NCBI GenBank assembly: GCA_020634075.1
Contig: JACKCJ010000013.1
Coordinates: 3,298 to 67,297 of the forward strand
Direction: 5' to 3'
DNA length: 64,000 bases
Origin: Dehalococcoidia bacterium
GTDB taxonomy: Bacteria; Chloroflexota; Dehalococcoidia; UBA2979
Positions 10,047-19,422 of this stretch are shown here, piece by piece (within the stretch, counting starts at the first letter, position 1; each line of letters opens with the position of its first letter). Under the pieces are notes generated by a model that worked only from the letters and a program-made list of their open reading frames with translations, was not told the origin of the DNA and ran no database searches. Made by a program: the position numbers and the translations under genes.

Positions 10047-10898
10047 CTAGTCGCCGGCGGCTTCCGCCTCGACGGCCTGCTGCGTCGTCTCCTGCGTCGG
10101 CGCCTGCTCCGGGCCGCCGAAGCCGACCCACTTCGCGACGAGCACGTCGCGCGCGAGGTAGTCACCGTAGCCACGGTCGCCGTAGATGATCTCGCCGCCG
10201 CACGTGTAGAGCGTCAGCCACTGCTCCGCCTCGGGCCGGTCGCTCGGCCAGAGGACCTCGCGCATCGGAATCGTCGCGAGGTCGTAGCGGGTCAGGCGGG
10301 CCACCTGGTAGTGGCGCACCTGGCCGTCGGCCATCTCGAGGTAGATGTCGTCGCCGATGCGGGCCTGGTGCACGTTGTAGAAGGGGCCCTGCATGTGGTT
10401 CCAGGTCTCGTGCGCGGAGAAGACGAGGTTGCCCTCCTTGTCCGGCGAGCCGAAGTCCCACTTGTCGTCCGGCTGGTACCAGCCGACGGCGTAGGAGCCG
10501 TCGACCGGCTCCTCCATCACGCCGTCCACCACGCCGACGACCTCGACGACGTGGTCCATGCCCAGCGCCGGCGAGAACATCCGGACGATGCCGCCGTCGT
10601 TCGGTTCAGGGTTGATGACCACCTGGGGCGGCGCGGGGAAGCCGACGGAGGTCGGGTTCTCGAGGATCGCCGCGCGGTCGCCCAGCGGGATCTTCTCGGC
10701 CGCGATCGGCCACGGCTCGGGCGTGGGCGACGGCGTGGGGCTGGGAGTTGCCGTGGGGGTGGGCGTCGGGGTCGTGGTCTCGACGACGATCGACGAGTCG
10801 TCGGAGCCGCCTCCGCAGGCCACGAGGGCCGCGGACACGATCGACAGCGCGGCGATGCCGAGGAGTCGCGAGCGCCATCGGCGCGCGGTGTGCGTCAT
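10047..10898 (-). CDS. Sortase-like (class E/F type) domain lipoprotein
   Basis: Lipobox VSAALVACGGG, Thr/Pro linker, SAHETWN (His), TLYTCGG (Cys), YLARDVLVAK (Arg) sortase-type catalytic layout. Confidence 0.7.
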   Translation of the reverse strand: MTHTARRWRSRLLGIAALSIVSAALVACGGGSDDSSIVVETTTPTPTPTATPSPTPSPTPEPWPIAAEKIPLGDRAAILENPTSVGFPAPPQVVINPEPNDGGIVRMFSPALGMDHVVEVVGVVDGVMEEPVDGSYAVGWYQPDDKWDFGSPDKEGNLVFSAHETWNHMQGPFYNVHQARIGDDIYLEMADGQVRHYQVARLTRYDLATIPMREVLWPSDRPEAEQWLTLYTCGGEIIYGDRGYGDYLARDVLVAKWVGFGGPEQAPTQETTQQAVEAEAAGD

Positions 10899-11074
10899 GG
10901 AAGCCACCAGGATGCTGGAGGAGCCGCCCTCGAAGGTCACAAGAGTATCCCGAGCACCCCGCCGCGCGGTCGACAGCCCGCGCATGAGGCATCCTGACGG
11001 AATCGGCGCTCAGACGCTACCCCCGGCCGCGAGGTTGTGCGTGGTTCGGGCGAATCTGTCTGGCCGGCGGCGCG

Positions 11075-11494
11075 TCAGGCGGCCGAGTGCGCCCCGCTGC
11101 CTTCGTCCGTCCCGCGGTCGCTGCTACCGAGCACCTGCGCCACCGCGCGCACCAGGTCGTCGATATCGAAGGGCTTCGGAAGTGCACCGTTTGCGCCGAG
11201 TTCCTGTGCCCGCTCGCGTAGCTGGCTGGATCCGGACAGCACCAGCACCCGGCGGCACAGCCCGACCACGTCTCGCAGCGGTCGGTCGCCCCCGTCGGGA
11301 AGCGACAGGTCGAGGACCAGGAGGTCAGGCCGCCGTCGCGCGATGAGCTCCTGTGCTTCGCCGACGTTGGCCGCCTCGACGACCTCGTAGCCCGCGTCAA
11401 GGAGGACATCCCGGACGAGGATGCGGATGCCGTAGTCGTCATCGACCACGAGGACCTGGGGCACGGGCGTCTCCTCGATGCGGTGCGCGCGCAT
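11075..11494 (-). CDS. Single-domain response regulator (REC)
   Basis: VLVVDDDYG, DLLVLDLSLPDGG, LPKPFD receiver motifs; no output domain. Confidence 0.9.
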   Translation of the reverse strand: MRAHRIEETPVPQVLVVDDDYGIRILVRDVLLDAGYEVVEAANVGEAQELIARRRPDLLVLDLSLPDGGDRPLRDVVGLCRRVLVLSGSSQLRERAQELGANGALPKPFDIDDLVRAVAQVLGSSDRGTDEGSGAHSAA

Positions 11495-11580
11495 TCGTCG
11501 GCCGCGGGGCGACTGGCGACCCGTCGCGTCGATGCTATCGAGGGCGGATGCCTGTCAGGTCGAGCAAAGGTTGAGGCGCT

Positions 11581-14475
11581 TCACGTCTCCAGCGGCTGCG
11601 TCGCGGGGAGCCAGAAGCGCATCGTCGTCCCCTGGCCGCGACCCGCGCTCTGAGCGCGCAGCTCTCCGCCGTGTCGCTCCGCCACCTCGCGAGCGACGAA
11701 CAGCCCCATGCCGAGTCCGGGGATGTTCCCGGCGTTCGCCGCGCGGCCGAAGGGGGTGAAGATCGCGCGCTGATCGTCGGCGGAGAGGCCGATCCCGTAG
11801 TCGGTGACCTCGATCGTCACGCCCACGCCATCCCGCCGGAGGTCCACGGAGACCGGCGCCTCGGCGGGGGAATACTTCAGGGCGTTGTCGATGAGATTGG
11901 AGATCACCTGGCGGACCCGGTGGGGATCCGCCTCGATCACGACCGCCTCCGATGTCCCCTCGAGGCGGACTCGGGGCGCCCACTCTTCGCGGGTCGCGAT
12001 GTCGGTCAGCAGGCTCGCGATGTCCATCGACTCGATGCTCAGGGGGAGCGCCCCGCGCTGGAGGCGAGACACGTCCGTGAGGTCGTTCGTGAGATTGGCG
12101 AGGTGCGTGCTGATCTCCACGAGCGAGTCGATGTACCGGTCGAATCGTTCCTCCGAGAGCGTGCCGAGGGCGCGCGCTCGCCGGATCTGCTGCGCCGTGC
12201 CGTGGATGATTGCGACCGGGTTCCGCAGTTCGTGCGACGCGATCGCCAGGAAGCGGTCCTTGAGTTCGTTCGCCTCCATGAGCTCGTGGATGTCGGTGGC
12301 CGTGCCGTACCAGTGGGCGATGCCCTGGGTCTCGCCGCGCTCGGCACGGCTCAGGTGCCAGCGGTAGGTGCCGTCGGCCATTCTGATCCGGTGCTCGCAC
12401 TCGTACGCGGTCTGCGTCTCGACGGCGCGATCCCAGGCGGCGAGCGTCTTCGCGAGGTCGTCCGGATGCACGACTGGCTCCCACTCCCAGGTGCCGTCCG
12501 AGTGCCCCACGATCCCGTCGTAGGCGGCGCTTCGCGAGTTGTAGTACTGGACCGTGCCGGTGTCGTCGGCCGTCCACACGACCTGCGGCATCGAGTCTGC
12601 CAGGCGACGGAAGCGCTCCTCGCTCGCCCGCAGCGCCCGTTCCGCGTCGGAGCGTTCGATGGCCGTCCAGGTCCGCTCCGCCGTCTCCTCGATCAGCGCG
12701 ATCTCCTCGGGCTGCCATTCGCGCGGCTCGAACTGGTGTGCCGCCAGCACCGCAACGACGTGCCCGTGGCGCACCACCGGCACCGTCACGAACGCGCGGA
12801 CGCCCAGGCCGAGGTACGAAGGACGGAGCCGGTCGGAGAACCGCTGCTCGGTAGCGAGGTCCGCGTACTGGATCACGGCGCCGGATCGCAGTGCCTCGAG
12901 TACCCGTGGTCCGAACGCCTGGAGGTCGTAGACGCCCGTCGCGCTGCTCGATACCCCGTTCGCCATGTGCTCGACATCGACGGTGATCGTCTGGCGGGCC
13001 TCGTCGATCTCGCCCCAGATCGTGCGGTCGGCGCCGAGATGGTCGCCGAGCAGGAGCGCCGACGCCGTCTGGATCGCCCGCCGCGGTCCGGGCGTCCGAA
13101 GCACATCGGCGAGGCGGGCACGCAGGACGGCTCGCGCCGCGCTCGCCTCCAGCGCTGCTTCGTCGCGCCGGCGCTGCGTGACGTCGCGGAAGAGGATGCC
13201 GACGCGGCGGGCTCCCCGCGCCCCGACACGGAACGCGTAGACATCGAACCAGCGGTTCAGCGCGGCGGATTCCAGTTCGAAGCGGGACGGCTCGCCGGTG
13301 ATCGCAACGCGGCCGTAGGTCTCGAACCAGTCGTCTTCCAGGTCGGGCACCAACTCGCGGGCCGTGCGTCCCTGGGCATCGCGCAGGCCGGTCTGCTCTG
13401 CGAACGCCGGGTTGATCTCGATGAAGCGATAGTCCGTCGGGCGTTCGTCCTCATCGAAGAGGACCTCGACCACGCAGAACCCCTCGTCCATCGCCGTGAA
13501 CAAGGCCGCATAGCGCCCTTCGCTCTGGCGGAGGGCGGCCTGGGCGGCCTCCCGCTCATCGACGTCGATGACGGCGCCGACATACCCAAGGAACTCCCCG
13601 TGCGCGCCGTAGCGCGGTCGCCCCGAGTCGATGACCCAGCGGTATCCACCGCGCGCGTCCTGCAGACGGTGCGTCATCTGCAGCGGTTCGCGGCGCGCGT
13701 TGGCGGTGATGAAGATCTCCTCCGCCTCGTCGCGGTCCTCTGGATGCACCGCGCTCAGCCATCCGTAACCGAGGCCCGTGCCGGGCGCCGTGCCGGTGAA
13801 GTCGTACCAGCTCTGGCTGAGGAAGGTGCAGGCGCCGCTGGGCGCCGTCACCCAGAGCAGCGCGGGAGCTGCGTCCGCGATGCGCCGGAAGTGCTCGTCG
13901 CTCTCGCGATGGGCGGCCGCGGCGCGGCGCTGCGTCTCGATCTCTCGCGCGAGGTCGTCGCCACGGGCCTCCGCCTGCTCCCGGCCACGGCGCTCCTGGA
14001 TGAGCTGGGTGACCTCGGCCGCGGGGTTGAGGATCCCCACGACATTGCCCTCCGCGTCGAGGATCGGTTCGGCGGTGTAGGTGAACCATCCCTCGAGGGA
14101 TGCCCCGCCGCGCTCGAGCGGCAGCAGACGCTGCTCCTCGGCTGCCGCCTGTCCCGTCTCGAGGACGCGCCGGAACATCGGTCCGATGACCTCGCGCGCC
14201 TCGGGGAACACCTCTCGCGCCGGGCGGCCCAGCGCACCGGGGTGCTTGTCACCCATCAGCTGCCGGTAGGCATCGTTGTAGAGGCAGATGAAGTCGTGGC
14301 CCCAGTACACGGCGATGGCGCGCGGCGAAGCGAGCGCCATCCCGAGCGCCACGCGGAGCGCGCCGGGCCATTGCTCGGTCGGCCCGAGGGGCGTGGTCGC
14401 CCAGTCATGCTCTCGGATGAGCGCGGCCATCTCCCCATGGTGTGGTGGCCACGGTGGTGAGTCCTGGGGAGGCAT
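11581..14475 (-). CDS. Multi-PAS/GAF sensor histidine kinase
   Basis: about 964 aa; repeated PAS motifs, GAF region, ASHELRNPVAIIHG H-box, LIDNALKYSP N-box, TDYGIGLS and GLGMGLFVA G-boxes. Confidence 0.93.
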   Translation of the reverse strand: MPPQDSPPWPPHHGEMAALIREHDWATTPLGPTEQWPGALRVALGMALASPRAIAVYWGHDFICLYNDAYRQLMGDKHPGALGRPAREVFPEAREVIGPMFRRVLETGQAAAEEQRLLPLERGGASLEGWFTYTAEPILDAEGNVVGILNPAAEVTQLIQERRGREQAEARGDDLAREIETQRRAAAAHRESDEHFRRIADAAPALLWVTAPSGACTFLSQSWYDFTGTAPGTGLGYGWLSAVHPEDRDEAEEIFITANARREPLQMTHRLQDARGGYRWVIDSGRPRYGAHGEFLGYVGAVIDVDEREAAQAALRQSEGRYAALFTAMDEGFCVVEVLFDEDERPTDYRFIEINPAFAEQTGLRDAQGRTARELVPDLEDDWFETYGRVAITGEPSRFELESAALNRWFDVYAFRVGARGARRVGILFRDVTQRRRDEAALEASAARAVLRARLADVLRTPGPRRAIQTASALLLGDHLGADRTIWGEIDEARQTITVDVEHMANGVSSSATGVYDLQAFGPRVLEALRSGAVIQYADLATEQRFSDRLRPSYLGLGVRAFVTVPVVRHGHVVAVLAAHQFEPREWQPEEIALIEETAERTWTAIERSDAERALRASEERFRRLADSMPQVVWTADDTGTVQYYNSRSAAYDGIVGHSDGTWEWEPVVHPDDLAKTLAAWDRAVETQTAYECEHRIRMADGTYRWHLSRAERGETQGIAHWYGTATDIHELMEANELKDRFLAIASHELRNPVAIIHGTAQQIRRARALGTLSEERFDRYIDSLVEISTHLANLTNDLTDVSRLQRGALPLSIESMDIASLLTDIATREEWAPRVRLEGTSEAVVIEADPHRVRQVISNLIDNALKYSPAEAPVSVDLRRDGVGVTIEVTDYGIGLSADDQRAIFTPFGRAANAGNIPGLGMGLFVAREVAERHGGELRAQSAGRGQGTTMRFWLPATQPLET

Positions 14476-14576
14476 GCGCGGAGAATACCGCACCGTTGGA
14501 CGCGCACTTCGCCTTGTCGAGTACCCAGACGTTGAGACTTTGCTGAGAGTTCGTCGCGTGTTGTGGGCGTCGTCAG

Positions 14577-15227
14577 CTAGCGCTGAAGAGTGTCGTCCGT
14601 GGCATCGTCTCGCGGCTCAGGGTTGGCAGGCAGCAACCCGAGGCACATCGCTGCGAGCACGGCCTCCAGCCGGCTCTTCGCGCCGAGGCGGTCCATTGCT
14701 GCCTGCACGTGGTTGCGCACGGTGATCGGCGTCACGCCCAGCTCGGCGGCGATCTGTGCCGGCGTCTTCCCGCGGGCGAGGCAGCAGAGCACCTCGAGCT
14801 GGCGGGGCGTGAGGACCGGATCGCCCGGCGGGGACGCTGCTGACGCCTCTTCTGACGGGGAGGCCGCTTCGACACCGGAGCAGCGGACCAGGTGCAGCAC
14901 GTTCTCCACGGCGCCCGCCTCGTCCCCGGCCAGCAGCACGGAGATGTCGAAGAGCGGTGTGACGCCCTCGACGGGGCGTCCGTGGAGCGTGAAGTCCCGG
15001 TGGGCGCGACCGAGGCGAGCGAGCGCGATGACCGCGCAGTTCGCGCGGCACGACGCCGCGTTCCGCGGGTTGACCTCGTTCATCAGTTCGTAGCAGGTGC
15101 GCCCCAGTGCCACGTCTCGGGGGGCGATTTGCTCGGCCAGATCGCCCCATTGGACGATCCGCTGTTCCAGGTCCACGGAATACAGCGCGTTCCCGGCGCG
15201 GAGGGTGCCGAGGCCGGGGATAGACAC
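14577..15227 (-). CDS. LuxR-family transcriptional regulator with N-terminal PAS-like, Cys-containing domain
   Basis: LTPRQLEVLCCLARGKTPAQIAAELGVTPITVRNHVQAAMDRLGAKSR HTH; N-term CYELMNEVNPRNAASCRANCAVI. Confidence 0.85.
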   Translation of the reverse strand: MSIPGLGTLRAGNALYSVDLEQRIVQWGDLAEQIAPRDVALGRTCYELMNEVNPRNAASCRANCAVIALARLGRAHRDFTLHGRPVEGVTPLFDISVLLAGDEAGAVENVLHLVRCSGVEAASPSEEASAASPPGDPVLTPRQLEVLCCLARGKTPAQIAAELGVTPITVRNHVQAAMDRLGAKSRLEAVLAAMCLGLLPANPEPRDDATDDTLQR

Positions 15228-15435
15228 GCGCTCAGTGGGCGTCGATGCCAAGCCGTTCCTGTCTCTGCACCCGAAACCTACTGAACGCTGCGCAGGGAAC
15301 AACGGACCAAGGTCCCCCGGAAAGAGGACGTGCCGGGGGGCTGCATGGTGCGTCCGCACCATGCGGGTGCTGAGGCCCCTTCATAGATTCGCCTGCGACG
15401 GAGGATCGAGCTGATCCTGGTAGGGAGGTCGGCCG

Positions 15436-16167
15436 GTGAGTCGGCATGTGATGATCGTGGGCGTCCTGTGGGTCTTCTTCACGGCGCTCGCCCTCGCCGG
15501 CGCCGCGGCGATGAACCCGTTCCCGACGGTCGGCGCGGAGGAGGCTGAGTTCTCCGACCACGCGTTCCGCATCATGACCTTCATGGGAGCGCCGGTCTTC
15601 GGCTTCGTGATCGCGGCGCTCGTCTACAACATCGCGCGATTCCGCTCGTCCGGGCAGCCCTCGGAGGACGGCCCGCCGTTCAAGGGCGGCGGGATGATCC
15701 CGCGGGCCTGGCTCGGCGTGACCACGGCCCTCGCGGTCGTGGTGATGATCTACCCCGGCCTCACGGGGCTCGCCGAGATGCGGAGCGACCGCTCGTACGA
15801 CCTCGAGGTCAACGTGACCGGCTACCGCTGGTCGTGGTCCGCGCAGTACCCGGACGGCGAGTTCACCTCGAACGAGATCGTGCTCCCGAAGGACCAGCGC
15901 GTGCGGTTCAACGTCACGGCTCCCGCCGGCGACGTCCTCCACTCGTTCTGGGTCCCCGCGTTCCGGCTCAAGATCGACGCGGTTCCCGGACAGACCAACT
16001 ACCTGTGGATCACCCCGACCGAGCTCGGTGACGGGGCGAACGACGCCGCGTTCCGCGTCCAGTGCGCGGAGCTCTGCGGGCTCAACCATGCCGGGATGCG
16101 GATGAACGTCCGCGTCGTCGAGCCGGACGAGTTCGAGGCCTGGGTGGCCGAGAAGGCGGGGAACTAG
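15436..16167 (+). CDS. ctaC: Cytochrome c oxidase subunit II
   Basis: CuA motif HSFWVPAFRLKIDAVPG...QCAELCGLNHAGM. Confidence 0.95.
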   Translation: MSRHVMIVGVLWVFFTALALAGAAAMNPFPTVGAEEAEFSDHAFRIMTFMGAPVFGFVIAALVYNIARFRSSGQPSEDGPPFKGGGMIPRAWLGVTTALAVVVMIYPGLTGLAEMRSDRSYDLEVNVTGYRWSWSAQYPDGEFTSNEIVLPKDQRVRFNVTAPAGDVLHSFWVPAFRLKIDAVPGQTNYLWITPTELGDGANDAAFRVQCAELCGLNHAGMRMNVRVVEPDEFEAWVAEKAGN

Positions 16168-17985
16168 ATGGCGATCATCCTGGGATTCGTCCTGGCCGTC
16201 GTCGGGTTCACGCTGGGCACGGGCGTGCTCGGCGGGATCCGCGTCAGCATGGGACTCGAGTACTGGTCGACCGACCTGTCGTGGACGATCGGCTACCCGT
16301 TCGCCCTCCTCGGCTGGCTCGCCGGGGTCGGCGGCTGGAAGTACTGGGCGACCGAGTGGTTCGGCGGCACCGCTGCCCAGACCCCGAAGGGCGTGAAGCG
16401 CTACTTCGAGTGGAACATGGACCACAAGGTCATCGGCGTGCAGTACGGCGTGACCTTCGTCGCGCTCCTGCTGCTCTCCGGCCTCGCCGCGATGGGCATC
16501 CGCTACGAGCTGATGCAGCCCGGCATGCAGTTGTTCACGCAGGACCAGTACAACGCGGTCATGAGCTTCCACGGCATCGGCATGGTCGCCGTCGCCGTGG
16601 CGATCATGCTCGGGGCGTTCGGCAACTACGTCGTGCCGATCATGATCGGCGCTCACGACATGGCGTTCCCGCGGGTCAACGCGCTGTCGTACTGGCTCGT
16701 GCCGCCGGTGGCGATCATGCTCGTCATCGCGGTCATCATGGGCGGCTGGGATACCGGCTGGACGGCCTACCCGCCGCTCTCGGTGCTGAACAAGTCCGGC
16801 CAGGTGCTCTTCAACCTCGCCGTGATCACCTTCGGCCTCGTGTCGATCCTCGGCGGCATCAACTTCATCGTCACGATCGTCTACGAGCGCGCGCCGGGCA
16901 TGACCTGGGGGCGCCTGCCGATCTTCGTGTGGGGCGCCTTCGCCGGCTCGCTGATCGCGTTCTTCTTCACGCAGGGCTTCGCGGCCGGCCTGATCATGAT
17001 CCTGCTGGACCGCGTGGCGAACACCTCGTTCTTCCACGCCGCCGAGGGCGGCAGCCCGATCCTGTACGAGCACGTCTTCTGGTTCTACAGCCACCCGGCC
17101 GTGTACGTGATGGTGCTTCCCGCCTTCGGCGCGGTCCTCGAGGTGCTCTCGCACATGTCGAGGAAGCCGCTGTACGCGTACAAGTGGGTCGTCGGCGCGA
17201 TGCTGGGGATCGTGGCGCTGTCCGGCGTCGTGTGGGCGCACCACATGTTCACGTCGGGCATGGAGGACTACCTCCACGCGCCGTTCCTGGTGCTGACGGA
17301 GATGATCTCCATCCCCACCGGCATCATCTTCCTCGCCGCCATCGGCACGATCTGGGCCGGACGGCTGTGGATGCGAACGCCGATGCTGTTCGCGCTGGCG
17401 TTCATCTTCAACTTCACCGTCGGCGGTCTGACCGGCATCTACCTGGCGGACGTCCCCACGGACATCCACCTGCACGACACCTACTTCGTGGTGGCGCACT
17501 TCCACTACACGATCATGGGCGGCGAGATCTTCGCCCTGTTCGCGGCGCTCTACTACTGGTTCCCGAAGATGACCGGGCGCGAGTTCAACGAGACGCTGGG
17601 CAAGATCCACTTCTGGCTGATGTTCATCGGCTTCCAGCTGGTCTTCATCCCGATGTTCCAGGTGGGCGTGAAGGGCATGAACCGGCGCGTCGCGGACTAC
17701 CCGGACGCGTACGCGGACTTCAACCGCTTCATCTCCATCTCGGGCTTCGTGCTCGGCTCCTCGTTCATCTTCTTCACGGCCAACATGATCCTCTCGTGGG
17801 TGAAGGGCCGTCGCGCCGCGGCGAACCCGTGGCACGCCACCACGCTGGAGTGGCAGGTCTCCTCGCCGCCTCCCGAGCACAACTTCGAGGGCACCCCGGT
17901 CATCGAGAGCGGTCCGTACGAGTACGGCGTTCCCGGTGCGCCCAAGCACGCCCACATCGGCCCGGCCTCGGCCGAGCACGCGTAG
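16168..17985 (+). CDS. ctaD: Cytochrome c oxidase subunit I (A2-type heme-copper oxidase)
   Basis: MDHKVIGVQYG, WFYSHPAVYVMVLPAFG, WAHHMFTSGM, HLHDTYFVVAHFHYTIMGG motifs. Confidence 0.96.
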   Translation: MAIILGFVLAVVGFTLGTGVLGGIRVSMGLEYWSTDLSWTIGYPFALLGWLAGVGGWKYWATEWFGGTAAQTPKGVKRYFEWNMDHKVIGVQYGVTFVALLLLSGLAAMGIRYELMQPGMQLFTQDQYNAVMSFHGIGMVAVAVAIMLGAFGNYVVPIMIGAHDMAFPRVNALSYWLVPPVAIMLVIAVIMGGWDTGWTAYPPLSVLNKSGQVLFNLAVITFGLVSILGGINFIVTIVYERAPGMTWGRLPIFVWGAFAGSLIAFFFTQGFAAGLIMILLDRVANTSFFHAAEGGSPILYEHVFWFYSHPAVYVMVLPAFGAVLEVLSHMSRKPLYAYKWVVGAMLGIVALSGVVWAHHMFTSGMEDYLHAPFLVLTEMISIPTGIIFLAAIGTIWAGRLWMRTPMLFALAFIFNFTVGGLTGIYLADVPTDIHLHDTYFVVAHFHYTIMGGEIFALFAALYYWFPKMTGREFNETLGKIHFWLMFIGFQLVFIPMFQVGVKGMNRRVADYPDAYADFNRFISISGFVLGSSFIFFTANMILSWVKGRRAAANPWHATTLEWQVSSPPPEHNFEGTPVIESGPYEYGVPGAPKHAHIGPASAEHA

Positions 17986-18012
17986 TCGCTAGACGGAGGG
18001 CTGGAGCTTCTG

Positions 18013-18240
18013 ATGAGCACTCTCAATTCCGCAGCCGAACAGGTTGCCCAGCGACGAGGGCTGATGGTCTTCCTCGCGCTCGCGGTGCTGACCGTCATCG
18101 AATACATCGTCGCGGTCAGCCTGGACTCGGTGCCCGTGCTCGTGGCCCTGCTGGCAGTCGCGGCGGGGGCGAAGTGCTGGGCGATCACCGTCTACTTCAT
18201 GCACGTCTCGAAGCTGTGGCGTGGCGAGGAGGCCCACTAA
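18013..18240 (+). CDS. Cytochrome c oxidase subunit IV-like small membrane protein
   Basis: 75 aa, position between subunits I and III, AITVYFMHVSKL near C-terminus. Confidence 0.75.
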   Translation: MSTLNSAAEQVAQRRGLMVFLALAVLTVIEYIVAVSLDSVPVLVALLAVAAGAKCWAITVYFMHVSKLWRGEEAH

Positions 18241-18824
18241 TGGCAGCGACCGCAACTCTTCCGCACGGACGCGAGGTGGACTCGTCGCACGCCGCCCGCC
18301 GGGTGCGCATCAACCGCCTGGGCCTGTGGCTCTTCCTCGCCTCGGACGGCGCCCTCTTCGCGCTCTTCGCCGCGTCGAGGTTCTACATCGCCGGGACCGC
18401 CATCAGCCCGCACCTGAACCAGCTGCTGGGCCTGGGGATCACCTCGCTGCTGCTGCTGTCGTCGTTCACGGCGTACCGCGCCGAGACGGCGTTCACGCAC
18501 GGCAACACGTCCCACGGCCGGATGATGCTGCTCGCGACGGTGCTCATGGGCCTCATGTTCTTCGGCGGCGTGGTCTACGAGTGGTCGATCGCGGAGTTCT
18601 CGCCGTCCGAGGCGTACGGCACCGCGTTCTTCTCGATGACCGGCATGCACGCGTTCCACGTGGTGACCGGCGTGTTCTTCCTCCTGCTGATGTGGGCGCG
18701 CTCCGGCGACGGGAAGTTCACCGGCGGCACGAACGCGTGGCCGATCGCGGCCGCGGTCATCTACTGGCACTTCGTGGACGTGGTCTGGGTGTTCTTCTAC
18801 CCGACCCTCTACCTCCTGAAGTAG
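18240..18824 (+). CDS. ctaE: Cytochrome c oxidase subunit III (heme-copper oxidase)
   Basis: GLWLFLASDGALFALFAA...GMHAFHVVTGV...YWHFVDVVWVFFYPTLYL. Confidence 0.94.
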   Translation: MAATATLPHGREVDSSHAARRVRINRLGLWLFLASDGALFALFAASRFYIAGTAISPHLNQLLGLGITSLLLLSSFTAYRAETAFTHGNTSHGRMMLLATVLMGLMFFGGVVYEWSIAEFSPSEAYGTAFFSMTGMHAFHVVTGVFFLLLMWARSGDGKFTGGTNAWPIAAAVIYWHFVDVVWVFFYPTLYLLK

Positions 18825-18893
18825 CTCACTGAGCCTCCCAGGCAGGCGGTCGAGGACGGCAGGCGCGGAGGGAACCGTGATCGGAATCGACCG

Positions 18894-19391
18894 ATGAGGT
18901 CGCCCATCGTTCGCGTGTACGGCGCCGCCGTCCTCGGCAGCCTGGTGCTCGTGTGGATCGTGTCGCTCGCGTGGTGGCTGCTGCTGCCCGACGCGCGCGT
19001 CGTGCCGCTGGAGATCCCGCAGGGGACGGCCTCCGCCGTCGCCCGGGGCGAGGCCGTGGAGGTCATCCCGGACTCGCTGGACCTCCGGAAGGGCGACACC
19101 CTCGTGGTGAGGAACGAGGACGACGCCGTCCACCGGATCGGCAGCGAGGTCATCCCGCCGGGCCGCACGACTCGTATCCCGGTGACCGGTGCGCTCGTCT
19201 CGGGACGCTCGCTCTTCTGCTCGATCCACCCGAGCGGGGCCATCGGTGTGTCGCTGCTGGCGCGGCCGGGCATCCTGAGCACGGCGATCCCGACTGCCAT
19301 CGCCGGACTCCCCGTGAGCATTGGCGTCATCGTCGCACTGCTCATCGCTCGCGGCCTCGACGATCGCCAGCGGACGACGCTGGCGGCCTAG
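18894..19391 (+). CDS. Membrane-anchored cupredoxin-like protein
   Basis: TM anchor then DSLDLRKGDTLVVRNEDDAVHRIGSEVI...FCSIHPSG. Confidence 0.6.
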   Translation: MRSPIVRVYGAAVLGSLVLVWIVSLAWWLLLPDARVVPLEIPQGTASAVARGEAVEVIPDSLDLRKGDTLVVRNEDDAVHRIGSEVIPPGRTTRIPVTGALVSGRSLFCSIHPSGAIGVSLLARPGILSTAIPTAIAGLPVSIGVIVALLIARGLDDRQRTTLAA

Positions 19392-19422
19392 GCGTGGCAG
19401 CCCCAGGTATGGCGGACTAGAC

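Noticed and set aside
11671-14460. 929-aa plus-strand ORF
   Set aside because: Antisense to the histidine kinase; no motifs
15232-17979. 915-aa minus-strand ORF opposite ctaC/ctaD
   Set aside because: Arg/Asp/His-rich antisense shadow in high-GC DNA with no recognisable domain
16062-18824. 920-aa plus-strand ORF over the oxidase genes
   Set aside because: Arg/Gly-rich out-of-frame shadow of ctaD; only its terminal part (18240..18824) is the real subunit III
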